Source: an uncultured bacterium (GTDB taxonomy: Bacteria; Planctomycetota; GCA-002687715). Taken from it: a stretch of DNA of 64,000 nt. Shown piece by piece: positions 45,844-56,916 of this stretch (positions are counted from its first letter, which is position 1; every line of letters starts with the position of its first letter). Location of the stretch: assembly GCA_902826835.1 (NCBI GenBank), contig CADEGH010000026.1:4868-68867 (forward strand). The letters are read 5' to 3'. The position numbers were made by a program, and so were the translations under genes. The notes beneath the pieces are model-generated. The model was not told the origin of the DNA. It saw only the letters and a program-made list of their open reading frames with translations, and ran no database searches.

Positions 45844-48800
45844 ATGAAGATCCTGATGGTCGTCCACGGCTTTGCACCCGAGTGCCAGGGGGGGACGGAG
45901 TCCTACGTCCAAAACTTGGCGCTGCGGCTGAAGAGCAAGGGTCACGAAGTCGAGATCTTTTGCGGGTCGCACGAGGGGGCCGGCCCGGAATTCCGCACCC
46001 CACGCGTGGTGTCGAGTGTCCACGAGGGACTCCCGGTCCACCGCGTCCACCGGGCCGGGCTGTTCAACGATGCCTGGGAAAAGAGCCTCGCGCCCGATGT
46101 GGCCAATGTCCTGACGGAACTCCTCCGGACGAGGCGTTTCGATCTCGTTCACGTCCATCACTGGATCCGGCTGACGCGCAATCTGATCGAGACCTGCCAC
46201 GCGGTCGGCGTTCCCGCGGTGGCCACGCTCCATGACTTGTGGACCTCGTGCCCGATCGCGTTCCGCGTGAAGGAGCAGACCTTCTGCCGCCTGCCCCAGG
46301 GGGCGCAGTCCTGCTTCGGTTGCGCGCCACTCTCCGAACCGGGATTGGCCGATGCCGCAGTGAAGGACGAACTCGATCTCTTCGGGGCGGACCTGCGTTC
46401 GGAGCTGTCCTTGGCTCGGCGTCTCATCGTTCCGAGTGTCGCCCACCGCGAAGAACTCTTGCGCCATTTCCCCGAGCTTACGGGCCGCTTTCGGGTCGTC
46501 CCGCACGGGAAGATCGCAAAAATCTCGAGCCGCGACCGCTCGAAGGAACAGATCCGTCCAGGTCGGCTCCGCATCGCCCACTGGGGCCATCTCTCGAAGC
46601 TCAAAGGTGTCGACCTTCTCCTCCGCGCACTGCATTTGCTCCCCGATAAGAGCCAGGTTCAGGTCGATCTGTTCGGCGAACTGGTCTACCCGACCGAGCG
46701 CGCCGAAGTGGAGGGCCTCCTCGAAGGTCTCAACGTCAAGATGCGGGGGGCCTACACGACCTCGCAGCTCGCGAGCTACCAACATGATCTCGCGATCATC
46801 CCTTCGCGGTGCAGCGAATCTTGGAGTTTCGTGCTCGACGAAGCATTCCTGATCGGCCTGCCCGTGCTCGTTCCCGACCGGGGGGCGTTGCCCGAACGCC
46901 TCAACGGAGCCGGTGGTGTCTTCCGCGCGGAGAGCGCCGAGGACTTGGCTCGCTTGATCCAGGAGGTTTTGGACCAACCCGAGTTGATCACGAAGTGGCG
47001 CGCCCGCATCCCGAGCCTGCCGGTCTTCGAGGATCACACGCAGGACATCCTCCGGCAATACCACGAAGTGGTGTCCAGCCAGGCCGCCCTGCCGCAGGTG
47101 AGCCGCGAACTCGAAAGCCGTCGACTGCAGGTCCGCACCCGTGCCACCGAGTCCCTGCGACGAAGCATCGAGATCGCCCGCGCCGACGCCCGCAACGCCG
47201 GCGACGACCTCGCCCGCGCCCAGGTCGCGATGGCGGAAATGCAGCATTTCCACCTCGAAAAGGACAAGGAGATTCAGCGGCTGCAAGGCCTGGCCCTCCA
47301 AGCCTCAGTCCAGGAAGAACTGACCCGCGCCCGCGCTGAATTGGCCGAAGTGCCGGCCCTTCGCGACCAGCTTCGTCGCGCCCGACTCGAGATTCCCGAG
47401 CTGATGGATCGGTTGTTCTCGTCGTCTCGAGAGACCAGCGAGGCCAGAAACCAGCAACTCGCCTTGAAGCTCCAACTCGACGCGGCACTGGAGCGCGCCA
47501 CCGCCCTCGAGGACGAACTCAGCGCCCTCCGTGACCGCAAGGCCATCTTGCGAGCCTCTCTCGACGTCAAGGCGGCCGACTTGCGCGCGGATCAAGCGCG
47601 GCAAATCGATCTCGACGTCCGCAGGCAGCGCTCCGAGGAGGCGACCCGCGGCGAGTTCTTCAAGAGCCTGACCGCGGAGCGCGCCGCGAGCCGCCACCTG
47701 CTCAGCGTCCTCGAGGAGGAGCGGCGCCGGCTCGCGCACGCCGAGCAGGAAAACGCCAGCCTGGCGACGAGGATCGAGAGTGTGGGTTCCAAGCTCTCGG
47801 CGGCCGCAAAGTCCGCCGCGATCCGCTTGCAGCACGACCTCGATCCGGCAACCGCCTCCGGCGCCTCACCGCAGAACGAAGGCGGGTTTCTCAACGAACT
47901 CCTGTGGGCAGAACGGGAAGTCCATCGACTCCTCGAACACGCCGCCAGCCGCGAGCAGGACCTGCGCACGCTGCTCGTCGAACGCGAGGCCTCGCACCGC
48001 CGCGAACAGGACGAGCGCACGGGCGAGCTCACGAAGCTCGCCCGCAACCTCGACCACGTGTTGGAGACGCTGCAAAACGTCGAACGGCAGCGCCTCGGAC
48101 GCCTCGCCGCCCGTCCGGGCAAGCACAAGAAACGACCCGGGGAGCGGCTCAAGGTCCTGATGGTCGTCCATCAGTTCTTGCCGCGCCATGTCGCCGGGAC
48201 CGAGATCTACACGCACAACCTCGCCCGCGAGCTCTCGAATCGCCACGACGTGGTCATCCTCTCGGCCGAATCCGATCACGGAAAACCCCGCTTCGACACG
48301 AGCATTCGTCACCTCGGTCCGCTCAAGATCCACCAGTACATCCACAATTACGCGTGGACGGGTTTCCGCGACCAGTACGACTGCCCCGAAGCCGATGCGA
48401 TTTTCCGCCACGTGCTGGCCGAGGAGCGTCCGGACGTCGTTCATATCCAGCATCTTCACTACGGGTCCGCCAACTTCATCACGATTGCCAAAGCGCGCGG
48501 CATTCCCGTCGTGTTCACGCTGCACGATTATTGGCTGCTCTGCCCGCGCGACGGGCAGATGCGCCGTGCCGACGGCGAAGTGTGTGCCAAGCCTGCGCCC
48601 GAGAAGTGTCGGGACTGCATCGGCCACTTGCCCATCGAGGCGGAGCACGCGCCGCTGATTCCGCGGGCGCTTCGCCCGGGGGCGTCCGCGCTCGTCGCGG
48701 AGGAGGCGGCCGCGTGGGTTCGCCGCGCCCGCTTGCACGTCCCCGCCGAACTCGGGCCCCACGCGGAAGCCAGCGCCGAGCGGCTCGACTATCTGCGCCG

Positions 48801-49503
48801 CGTGGCGAAAGACGTCGACCTCTTCATCGCCCCGAGCGGGTTCCTGAAGGATGTGTTTGCCTCCTCGGGTCTCATCCCGGCGGACAAAATTCTCGTTTCG
48901 GACAACGGCTACGCGATCGCCGATTTCCGTCCGCTGCCGCGCGAGAAAGACCTGCTCTTCCGAGTGGGCTACGTCGGTTCCATCGCTGAGCACAAGGGAA
49001 TCCACGTGCTCATCGAGGCGATGAATCGAATCCGGGATCCCCGCATTACCTGCCAGATTTGGGGTGATCTTTCGTCGTTCGCGGAATACACCGACCGTTT
49101 GCGCGGGGCTATCCAAAACCCCCGCATCGCGTTGATGGGGCCCTACACGCCGGAGCGTTCGGCCGAAGTGTTGTCGCGCCTCGATCTCCTGGTCATTCCT
49201 TCGCTCTGGTACGAAAACGCTCCGCTCACCATCCGTGAAGCCGCGTTGGCCGGGCTTCCCGTCCTCGCTTCCGATCTCGGGGCCCTCCCCGAGAACATCA
49301 TCCCCGGCAAGACCGGCGCCCTCTTCCCCGTCGGCGACGCCTCCGCCTTGGCCACCTCCATCGAACGCTTCGCCTCCGACCCTACCTTCACTCGCGACTT
49401 CGACCCTCGCCAGTTCCCGGTCAAGTCCATCCAAGGCGACGCCCGCGACATGGAATCCCGCTACTTCACTCTGCTCGACCAAGTCCCCATCGGGCCGGTC
49501 TGA
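45844..49503 (+). CDS. 1219-aa protein with two GT4 glycosyltransferase modules separated by a coiled-coil region of about 350 aa.
   Basis: Module 1 contains MKILMVVHGFAPECQGGTESYVQNL...LHDLWTSCPIAF...CFGC...YENAPL-type motifs. The coiled coil is Q/E/R/L-rich with heptads (about aa 400-760). Module 2 contains LKVLMVVHQFLPRHVAGTEIYTHNL...LHDYWLLCPRDGQ...CRDC...WYENAPLTIREAALAGLPVLASD. Confidence 0.8.
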   Translation: MKILMVVHGFAPECQGGTESYVQNLALRLKSKGHEVEIFCGSHEGAGPEFRTPRVVSSVHEGLPVHRVHRAGLFNDAWEKSLAPDVANVLTELLRTRRFDLVHVHHWIRLTRNLIETCHAVGVPAVATLHDLWTSCPIAFRVKEQTFCRLPQGAQSCFGCAPLSEPGLADAAVKDELDLFGADLRSELSLARRLIVPSVAHREELLRHFPELTGRFRVVPHGKIAKISSRDRSKEQIRPGRLRIAHWGHLSKLKGVDLLLRALHLLPDKSQVQVDLFGELVYPTERAEVEGLLEGLNVKMRGAYTTSQLASYQHDLAIIPSRCSESWSFVLDEAFLIGLPVLVPDRGALPERLNGAGGVFRAESAEDLARLIQEVLDQPELITKWRARIPSLPVFEDHTQDILRQYHEVVSSQAALPQVSRELESRRLQVRTRATESLRRSIEIARADARNAGDDLARAQVAMAEMQHFHLEKDKEIQRLQGLALQASVQEELTRARAELAEVPALRDQLRRARLEIPELMDRLFSSSRETSEARNQQLALKLQLDAALERATALEDELSALRDRKAILRASLDVKAADLRADQARQIDLDVRRQRSEEATRGEFFKSLTAERAASRHLLSVLEEERRRLAHAEQENASLATRIESVGSKLSAAAKSAAIRLQHDLDPATASGASPQNEGGFLNELLWAEREVHRLLEHAASREQDLRTLLVEREASHRREQDERTGELTKLARNLDHVLETLQNVERQRLGRLAARPGKHKKRPGERLKVLMVVHQFLPRHVAGTEIYTHNLARELSNRHDVVILSAESDHGKPRFDTSIRHLGPLKIHQYIHNYAWTGFRDQYDCPEADAIFRHVLAEERPDVVHIQHLHYGSANFITIAKARGIPVVFTLHDYWLLCPRDGQMRRADGEVCAKPAPEKCRDCIGHLPIEAEHAPLIPRALRPGASALVAEEAAAWVRRARLHVPAELGPHAEASAERLDYLRRVAKDVDLFIAPSGFLKDVFASSGLIPADKILVSDNGYAIADFRPLPREKDLLFRVGYVGSIAEHKGIHVLIEAMNRIRDPRITCQIWGDLSSFAEYTDRLRGAIQNPRIALMGPYTPERSAEVLSRLDLLVIPSLWYENAPLTIREAALAGLPVLASDLGALPENIIPGKTGALFPVGDASALATSIERFASDPTFTRDFDPRQFPVKSIQGDARDMESRYFTLLDQVPIGPV

Positions 49504-49916
49504 ACTACAACGCCAGTCCCCGCATTGGCTGCAGGGAGTCGGATCGAAGGACCCATCCCGGGAGTCGGCTTCTCCCCACCGCCTCAACATCAGAGGTCGG
49601 CGCCCACCCTTTGCCACAACCGGCGGCACTCCCATAGTTGGATTTTCGACACGCCGGTCAGAAACAGTCCACGTCGATGACCTTCGTCTTTTCATCGAAC
49701 CCGATTGCCATTTCGAACCTCCGTATCTCGGCCTGGCCGTCGATTTGCACGGAGTATCTGTAGCGACCTGGTTTGAGGCGCATCTGGAGCTTGGAATCGA
49801 CCGCCTTGCGCGCCACCAATCGAAGGCCATTCCCGGACAGCCCAATCGCGAAGTTCGGAGCAGGAGAACCGGCCAGGCTTTTTTCCTTTCCACCCGAACT
49901 CGCAGCCGAAGTCGGA

Positions 49917-51317
49917 TTACCGGTAGGACGAGACGTCCAGGCTCTTGGTTTCACCCGCGGACACCGCGAAGGTGGCGGAACGGCGGGGATTGTCGGCAAC
50001 GCTCCAGGAACCCGGCTCTGGCTGTTTGATCACGAAGTACGACCCGGCAACCACATCGAACTCGTGCTGGTTGTCAGTGCGTTTGGAAGGAAGGACCCGC
50101 ATTCCACCAGTCCCCGACGCCTCCAGGACATACGACTCCGGCCCCGTGACGCGGACGTACGCATGGCCGACGCAATCTTCGAATAGGCTCGCGCGAGTCC
50201 AAACGACTCTGGAGTTCTCGTGAAACGGGAGGAACTCCCCTTGGACGTGTTTGATACCGCCACCGGGCCAATTGGCAATGACATCCGACCGCGTGGACAA
50301 TGGGCCGGATGGCCTCGCGAACGCGACGACGATGATCAGGCGCCTATCGGGAACTTCCCGCGAATCCGCTTCGATGATGGCTCTTGATATCTGACTCTTC
50401 AACCGCTCTACCAAGCCAGACTCGCCGCTGTTCGTCCCGGTGCCGAAGTTGTAGGTGAACGAAACTCCGGATCCACGGCTCAGGTCGTGGCTGCCTTGGT
50501 GCGGGCACGCGCCCGTGAAATCCACGGCGACGTACCAGGGGCAGCCGACCTTGATTCCCCAAGTGTTGCTCGTGCCGATGGCAACGGGAGTCGACGCGTT
50601 GTCCCTCACGTACGCGCCGTTGTGCACGAGATGTACGACTCGCAGATCGCCCGCCTTGATCGCCACGAAGTACGACCCCGTATCCGGATGTCGGAGCTCA
50701 AAACGACCGTCCGCGTCCGTGGTCGTGGTGTTCCCGAGAGGAGGGGACGACACTTCCGGTCGCGTGGATTCGGAGCTGTCGGATGCCGACCCATCCGGGT
50801 TTGAGACGGGTCTGGCAACTCGTTCGAACACCAACGTCGCGGAGGGCACCGGATACCCCGCAATGTCGACCACTCTCCCAGTCGAGACTGGCAGTCTTTG
50901 CAGGACGATGGTGGTGCTGTCGCTCTTGCGGCCACGCGTCTTGACGCGCACCTCTCGATAGTCCGCGTGGCGGCAGAGGATCTCGTTTTCCCCGCGCGGC
51001 ACCGAGATCCTGCCGTCCATGCGGCTCGTTCCGATCAGGGAAGAATCGCGGTCACTCACCACGACGCCGGGGATGGGATCTTCCGAGATCTCGTCCACGA
51101 ACAAGAGTTCCACTTCTCTCGCGAAAGGGACACTGGCTACGGCGGAATGATCAGGGGAGTCATACTCGCTCTGCGAGTTGACGACGGGAGCAATCGGTGA
51201 AACGGAATCCGATCGGAATTCGGTGCGAGATTCCGGAGACCGAAGCAGAAAGTACAGGGCAATCGCGACCGAGACTACCGCCAGGATTACTGTGGCCTTG
51301 GTCCTGGGAGTATGCAT
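49917..51317 (-). CDS. Membrane-anchored protein with a carboxypeptidase-regulatory-like (CarboxypepD_reg) beta-sandwich domain; hypothetical.
   Basis: The N-terminal TM segment is MHTPRTKATVILAVVSVAIALYFLL. Two CarboxypepD_reg-like signatures are present (TTTTDADGRFELRHPDTGSYFVAIKAGD and a second around GRISVPRGENEILCRHADYREVRV). Confidence 0.6.
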   Translation of the reverse strand: MHTPRTKATVILAVVSVAIALYFLLRSPESRTEFRSDSVSPIAPVVNSQSEYDSPDHSAVASVPFAREVELLFVDEISEDPIPGVVVSDRDSSLIGTSRMDGRISVPRGENEILCRHADYREVRVKTRGRKSDSTTIVLQRLPVSTGRVVDIAGYPVPSATLVFERVARPVSNPDGSASDSSESTRPEVSSPPLGNTTTTDADGRFELRHPDTGSYFVAIKAGDLRVVHLVHNGAYVRDNASTPVAIGTSNTWGIKVGCPWYVAVDFTGACPHQGSHDLSRGSGVSFTYNFGTGTNSGESGLVERLKSQISRAIIEADSREVPDRRLIIVVAFARPSGPLSTRSDVIANWPGGGIKHVQGEFLPFHENSRVVWTRASLFEDCVGHAYVRVTGPESYVLEASGTGGMRVLPSKRTDNQHEFDVVAGSYFVIKQPEPGSWSVADNPRRSATFAVSAGETKSLDVSSYR

Positions 51318-52215
51318 GGTCTATGACCTCAACGAGTCGTCAACAGAGTTGGATGTGTCGAAGACCTTCGTCGGCGGAAGTGAGGAAGGGGACCAGAACG
51401 CGGAGTTTGCGAGAGACTGCGAGCGAGGCCGAAGTGCGGAGGGTGACAGCATGTTCCTCAATCTCTCGCGGTCGGGCCTGCCTGCCGCATTCGACGACCT
51501 ACTCCTCGGCGGAGAGATCCGTGGTGTGGAAAGCCCAGCGCGAGGTGAAATGGTACCACGCAGGGTCCCCGACCTGGCCGACTTCGCGGTCGATAGGCAC
51601 TGGCAAGGTGCCGACCACCATGGTCCTCGGTGCCAACACCCCAAAGTGGCTGATCTGACGTATCCGATTTCTATACTCGACGCGGGAGGGTGGTGCCCCG
51701 CGCGCACTCCCCTTCTCCAGACGAAAGCCCGTGGCGACGAGGTCGCTTCCCCGGTGGGAGCGCGAAGCGCCGGATTCGCCCGCTACCTGCGCCGAGCCAC
51801 CAATGCCCTGCAGGTGGCTCTAAGGTCAACCGATCGAGCGATTGCTGCGGGTGTGGCGAACGCGAGGTCATGGGGGTGCGCACCGGGGCATCGTTGGCAT
51901 AGCTCAGTGGTGGTACTCGGCGGCGTCGGCGCGTACCCCATGCGGATCACCAGACCGCCCGCTACCGATGCCAAGTAATCCCCCCCCTCCGGAGGGATTG
52001 GTTCCGACGCCAAAACGCCAAGCGGCGGAGGAACGCTCGGGCCGGGTGCCAGTGGAGCAGCACCCATCGCACATGGCGCACGTGGCGCAGCCGAAGAAGT
52101 GGGCCAAAAAAATCTGCCGGGTCGGGCCAAGGGCGGCGTGAAGGGGGTGCGCGACGAACCCTCTGGGCGGTGTTTGACCCCGCTCGAGGGAGCGCGTGCC
52201 CTCGGAGACATCGTC

Positions 52216-55200
52216 ATGAACTCGAAAAATCGGATCGCGATCGCCCTGGCTCTGGCCACGCTGTACGTCACCGCCCGCGGGCAGGAGGGAGCGCCAATCG
52301 AGATCCCCTACCCCCTGTCGAGTGGCCCGCACATCAACGAAACCGGCTCGACTTTGGATGTGTGGACGACGGTTGTCGACGTCCCATTTGCCGGCACCCT
52401 CCAACTCGGATTGGCATCCGCAATTATGGGGAGCCTCCAGGATTCGGTAGTGGTCGAGAGCCTGCTCGACGGCGAAGTGCAGGAGCTCCACGAACCAGAT
52501 CTCCAACTTTGGCGTCGGCAAACGGCGTGGTTCAACGGGACCCGGGTCGCAATCACCCTGCGCCTGGCGCCCGGAAGCTACGGAGCGATCGACATCGCGC
52601 TCGTGCGTGCTGGCCCTCCGCTACCCGCCGGTACGGAGTCCCTCTGTGGACCGGACGAACGCGGGTCGAGCACTGACGGTCGCGTGTGCCGCATCCTCGG
52701 GAACGGCGGCATCTGCACAGGCTGGCTCGTCAGTGAATTCTCGAGGATCATCACCGCCGGACACTGCGTCAACTGCCCAAGCTTCTGTCCGAGCTGCGCC
52801 TCGGGAGTGTCGTCTCCTGGCGCCCTCGTGGTCGCCCAGTTCAACGTCCCGCAGTCCACGGGCTCGGGAGCCATCGTCGCGCCCCCCATCCAACACCAAT
52901 ACCCCGTGCTCTCGATCGACATCAGCTTGCCGATCGCCGGGAGCTGCCCGGAGTCGGGGAACGATTGGGCCATTGCGACGCTCGGACCCAACTCCTCCGG
53001 TGTCTCCGCCTCGACCAATCAGGCCGCCTGGTTCGCCCTCGCGAACTTCGCTCCGGCACCGGGAGCCACCGTCCGGGTGACCGGATTCGGTTCCGACTCG
53101 GGGCCTGTCGTTTTGAATTTTACCCAGCAGTCCGCCACCGGGCCGGTGCTGAATTCTGCAAATTATTATCGCTACGCCGTCGATACCGAGGGCGGGACCT
53201 CCGGGGGACCGGTGATGATCGAGGGCGGGGAGGCGGACGACCAAGTCGTCGCCATCAACACCAACTCGGGCTGCACCGCTCCGCCCACCACCGGAAACGG
53301 AGGTACAAGCCTGCAAGGGGCCACAATTCGCGCCTTCCTCGTCGGCCAGGGCATCGTGGACAATTACTCACTCCTGGAAGGAGTGAGTCAGTCGATTGTC
53401 AAGGCCAACACTTGGTTCTCCCTCGCATTCGGCGCCGGGAAGTGGAACGCGGTGACGATCGTGCCGGATGGAGACTGGGACCTCTCCATTGCCAATTCCG
53501 CGACCAACGGAACGGGTAATGAGGTCACGGCACTCCTCGCCAACGGCCGGCTCGGTTCGCCGAGTTGGACCTCAGGCACCGCCTACCGCAAGATCGCCGG
53601 GCCCGGCGCCCGCCTCCAGCATGCCGTCGCCGAGACCTTCACAATCGGCACCGGGTACACCGGAAGCCTGAGCGGCTCTCGCCTCGCTCGCTTGCTTGAG
53701 TTCCACGTACCGGTCGCCGGGCCCTATGACGTCTCCGTCCTCGGAACCCCTGGCCTTCCCTGGACCCTCCTCGGACCCGGGGCGGATGCCAGTTGGGTGG
53801 ATCTCGAGGCGTCGACCGTCCTCGGAGCGTCGAGCATCGGCGGATCGCTCCTGAACGATGTCACTCTCTCCGTCGGCTGGCACGCCCTGCTCGTCCATCG
53901 CGCGAGCTCCGCCACCCTCAACTCCACCGAGGCGTTCTCCGTCACGGTATGTGCGTCGGGTTCGTCCTCGCTGGTCCTTCAAGAAAACGTCCCCACCACC
54001 GTCACCAATCCGTGCCAAGTTTTCGTCACCCCCACTTTCAACAACCGCTGGAACGTGGTGAGCCTCGCGTCGCCGTCGACCTGGGACACCTTCGTCGGCA
54101 CCGCGGTATCACAGTCCAACTCCACCTCGAACCTGGTCCTTGCCGACGGACGAGCGGGCCCAATCCCGAGTGGCCAAGGGACCTTCATTCGGCGTTCCGG
54201 CGCCGACCCGGCGGTTGCCGAGATGGGGCGGGCCACGACGTCCGCCGTCAACACCGCGTGGCAGTTCACCCTGCCGGCCGGCGCGGCCTTCCGCGCGATG
54301 GAGTTCAACGTGCCCACCGCAGGGACTTGGTCGGTCCAACTGGCCGGCCCCATCGGCCTCGGATGGCGGTTGTTCGCGCCTCAGGCCTCTGGCGCTTGGA
54401 TCGACATCGATGACCACTTGGCCAGCGGACTCCTCGGCGGACCGCCCATGGATCTCCCCCTGTCGCCCGGTTGGCACTGCATCGCCCTCCACCGCATCGG
54501 GAGTTTCCCCACCACTGCCACCTCGGGCACCGTCAACGTGTGCTCGTCGAGTGTCCTCGCGCTTGCGAGTGGGGGCGCCGCGGCGACCGTGACGGCCCCT
54601 TGCCAAACGTTCGAGCTGGCCGCCACCGCCGGCGTTTGGGACGCGGCCGCGATCACCTCCGACGCGTCGACCAACTGGAACCTCGCCATGGGGACCGCGG
54701 ACGCCACGGCCCCGGCGGGCATCTGCGACTTCGCGATTGCCGACGGCCACTTCGCTCCCATCATGATGCGACGGGCCACGGTGGCCCGCGTGAGCGGCAC
54801 CGGGTCCGGCTTCGTCCAGCAAGCGTCGCGGAGCACTCTCACGCCCGGCGTCTCGCTCCCGCTGTCCTTCAACACCAGCACGATTGCCCGCATCGTCGAG
54901 GTCCCGATTTTGGTGGCCGATCGCTATGACTTGTCCGTGACCGGCAATTCCGGTCTGGCCTGGGACTTCTTCACCCCTCGTGCCAACGCCAGTTGGGTCA
55001 CACGCGCTTCAGCGCACTTTGCGACGCAGTCGGTCGGAGGACCGGGAGTTTCGAACGTCCCGCTCCAGCCCGGTGTCCACGCAATCGTGATCTACCGGCA
55101 AGTCGGAACGGGCGCCGCGTCTTGCGCAGCGAGCGTGCAACCGACCCCCCACCCAGTCCCTGCACTCTCGTCCCTTTCGCCGTCCTCGACGACCGCGCCG

Positions 55201-56916
55201 GCGCTGGTTCCGCTGCTCACCCTCACCGGCAGCGGCTTCGACGACGCCGCGCAAGTGCGGTGGAACGGGACTCCGATTCCAACCGCCTTCGTGAGCACGA
55301 ATCAGCTCACTGCCACCCCGCCTGCGAGTCTCTTTTCCACCGGAATCGCGGCGGCGATCACCGTCTTCAATCCCGCTCCGGGCGGCGGCACTTCGAACCC
55401 GCTAACGTTCACGGTGTTGAACCCAGTCCCCACGCTCACTCTCGTGTCCCAGTCCACGGTGACCGCCGGAGGCCCTGGTTATTCCACGACCGTCATCGGA
55501 TCAGGCTTCACGCCTTCGACAGTGATTCAATGGAACGGCATTCCGCTCACCACCGTCGCGGCCTTGCCTCCGAGTCTCATCGACGTCGCGGTGCCAGCGA
55601 GTCTGATCGCCGCCGGTGGCACGGCGTCGCTCACCGCATTTTCGCCAGCCCCCGGCGGCGGCACCTCGGCACCGCTGACCCTCACGATCAATAACCCGGT
55701 CCCATCGGTGAGCTCGATCTCTCCCTCCGAAGTGGCGGTTGGCGGCCCGGCGTTCAGCCTCACGGTGATCGGCTCCTCCTTCAACGCCCAGAGCGTGGTT
55801 CGGCTCGGAACCACCAACTTGACCACCACTTTGGTCAGCCAGACGCAGCTCCAAGCAGCCGTTCCGGCCTCCGCGATCGCCACGACTGGCGCCTACGCGG
55901 TCACAGTGCAGAATCCCGCGCCAGGCGGCGGCGTCTCGGGCCTGTCGAACCTGAGTGTGACCTACCCGATTCCGGTTCTGTCGAGCCTCAACCTCTCGAG
56001 TGTAATCGCCGGACAGTCGGCGCAGACCCTCGTCGCGACCGGCACGGGTTTCAGCGGGGCGACCCAGCTTTCCATCTCGGGAACTCCGCGGCCGACTACC
56101 CTGCTCGGCCCCACGACTCTCGAAACACTCCTGACTGCGGCCGATCTCGCCGCGCCCGGTTCGATCCCGGTGTTCGCGCTGAACCCCGCTCCGGGAGGCG
56201 GACCTTCGACCACTCTGTCGATCACCGCGCGCGCCCCGGCCCTCTTGTCGCTCGCGCCGCCACTGATCCCGATCCAAACCCTCGCGTCACCCCCGGTCAC
56301 CCTGACCATCACGGGCGCCGATTTCCTGCCTTGGGCCGTCGTGTACGCCAACGGAGTCCCGCTTTCGACCATCGTTCTCGGCTCCACGCTGACGGCAAAC
56401 CTTCCCGCTTCGATTCTCCAGGCTCGCGAGCCGGGAGGCATCACCATCAACGTGTCCAATGGCCCGCTCGCGGTGTCCAACTCGAGAGCGCTCGTGGTCG
56501 GCGACGGAGGCAACAACTCCGGCACGATCCGGCGCCATCCGCTCGCTCCCGCGCCTCTTCAGCCCTACGCCGCCCTCCTGGAAGGGGGAGTGCCCGGCGC
56601 GGTGTTCTCCCTCTACGTCGATCTCGGGGCGCAGCCGCCGGTGACCGCGTTCCCGGACGCCAACGCCAATCTCGTCTTGGCGGTGACGCCGTTCGCGGGA
56701 TCACCTGGTCCGCTGATCCCTCTGATCGAGGGGCTCGGGGTGTTTGGTTCGCCCACCTTCACGACGTTGCTGGCGGACGGTTCGTTCGCGCTGCCCGGCT
56801 TCGTCGTGCCCGCCACGCAGTTCGGCATCGACCTCACCATCCAAGCCGCCTACCTTGATGCCTCGGCTCCGTACGGGTTCCGCCTGACCTGGGCCCGCCG
56901 CCCCGATCAGCTCTGA
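52216..56916 (+). CDS. Giant secreted trypsin-like (S1 family) serine protease with three modules of about 200 aa and five tandem IPT/TIG-like Ig-fold repeats.
   Basis: A signal peptide ([23 protein letters not shown]) begins at the ATG at 52216. The protease domain contains His (ITAGHCVNC) and Ser ([11 protein letters not shown], a GDSGGP-like motif) motifs. Three repeats of a module follow (...VP.AG.YD.SV.G..GL.W.L..P.A.ASWV...). Then come five repeats of about 88 aa, each ending NPAPGGGTS. Confidence 0.75.
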   Translation: MNSKNRIAIALALATLYVTARGQEGAPIEIPYPLSSGPHINETGSTLDVWTTVVDVPFAGTLQLGLASAIMGSLQDSVVVESLLDGEVQELHEPDLQLWRRQTAWFNGTRVAITLRLAPGSYGAIDIALVRAGPPLPAGTESLCGPDERGSSTDGRVCRILGNGGICTGWLVSEFSRIITAGHCVNCPSFCPSCASGVSSPGALVVAQFNVPQSTGSGAIVAPPIQHQYPVLSIDISLPIAGSCPESGNDWAIATLGPNSSGVSASTNQAAWFALANFAPAPGATVRVTGFGSDSGPVVLNFTQQSATGPVLNSANYYRYAVDTEGGTSGGPVMIEGGEADDQVVAINTNSGCTAPPTTGNGGTSLQGATIRAFLVGQGIVDNYSLLEGVSQSIVKANTWFSLAFGAGKWNAVTIVPDGDWDLSIANSATNGTGNEVTALLANGRLGSPSWTSGTAYRKIAGPGARLQHAVAETFTIGTGYTGSLSGSRLARLLEFHVPVAGPYDVSVLGTPGLPWTLLGPGADASWVDLEASTVLGASSIGGSLLNDVTLSVGWHALLVHRASSATLNSTEAFSVTVCASGSSSLVLQENVPTTVTNPCQVFVTPTFNNRWNVVSLASPSTWDTFVGTAVSQSNSTSNLVLADGRAGPIPSGQGTFIRRSGADPAVAEMGRATTSAVNTAWQFTLPAGAAFRAMEFNVPTAGTWSVQLAGPIGLGWRLFAPQASGAWIDIDDHLASGLLGGPPMDLPLSPGWHCIALHRIGSFPTTATSGTVNVCSSSVLALASGGAAATVTAPCQTFELAATAGVWDAAAITSDASTNWNLAMGTADATAPAGICDFAIADGHFAPIMMRRATVARVSGTGSGFVQQASRSTLTPGVSLPLSFNTSTIARIVEVPILVADRYDLSVTGNSGLAWDFFTPRANASWVTRASAHFATQSVGGPGVSNVPLQPGVHAIVIYRQVGTGAASCAASVQPTPHPVPALSSLSPSSTTAPALVPLLTLTGSGFDDAAQVRWNGTPIPTAFVSTNQLTATPPASLFSTGIAAAITVFNPAPGGGTSNPLTFTVLNPVPTLTLVSQSTVTAGGPGYSTTVIGSGFTPSTVIQWNGIPLTTVAALPPSLIDVAVPASLIAAGGTASLTAFSPAPGGGTSAPLTLTINNPVPSVSSISPSEVAVGGPAFSLTVIGSSFNAQSVVRLGTTNLTTTLVSQTQLQAAVPASAIATTGAYAVTVQNPAPGGGVSGLSNLSVTYPIPVLSSLNLSSVIAGQSAQTLVATGTGFSGATQLSISGTPRPTTLLGPTTLETLLTAADLAAPGSIPVFALNPAPGGGPSTTLSITARAPALLSLAPPLIPIQTLASPPVTLTITGADFLPWAVVYANGVPLSTIVLGSTLTANLPASILQAREPGGITINVSNGPLAVSNSRALVVGDGGNNSGTIRRHPLAPAPLQPYAALLEGGVPGAVFSLYVDLGAQPPVTAFPDANANLVLAVTPFAGSPGPLIPLIEGLGVFGSPTFTTLLADGSFALPGFVVPATQFGIDLTIQAAYLDASAPYGFRLTWARRPDQL
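55150..56485 (+). repeat. Five tandem in-frame coding repeats of about 267 bp (88-90 aa) inside the protease gene.
   Basis: Each repeat starts with a P[VI]P..S... motif and ends with ...NPAPGGG[TPV]S.PL..T[VI].N (...[19 protein letters not shown], ...[19 protein letters not shown], ...[19 protein letters not shown], ...[19 protein letters not shown], and a degenerate fifth). Confidence 0.6.

Noticed and set aside
49658-49999. 113-aa minus-strand ORF just downstream of the CarboxypepD_reg gene
   Set aside because: It overlaps the upstream gene's 3' end by about 80 nt in another frame, and its first third is low-complexity. The tail (GRYRYSVQIDGQAEIRRFEMAIGFDEKTKVIDVDCF) looks protein-like, so a small gene or a frameshifted remnant is possible, but evidence is insufficient to annotate it.
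51885-51945. tRNA-like string ggcatagctcagtggtggtac
   Set aside because: It resembles a D-arm, but no acceptor stem, anticodon stem or GTTCRANYC T-loop can be formed on either strand.
51178-51978. 266-aa plus-strand ORF divergent from the CarboxypepD_reg membrane protein gene
   Set aside because: It overlaps the start region of the minus-strand gene and has an Arg/Ala-rich composition without motifs. A shorter real divergent gene starting at the ATG at 51316 cannot be excluded, but it is not supportable from sequence alone.
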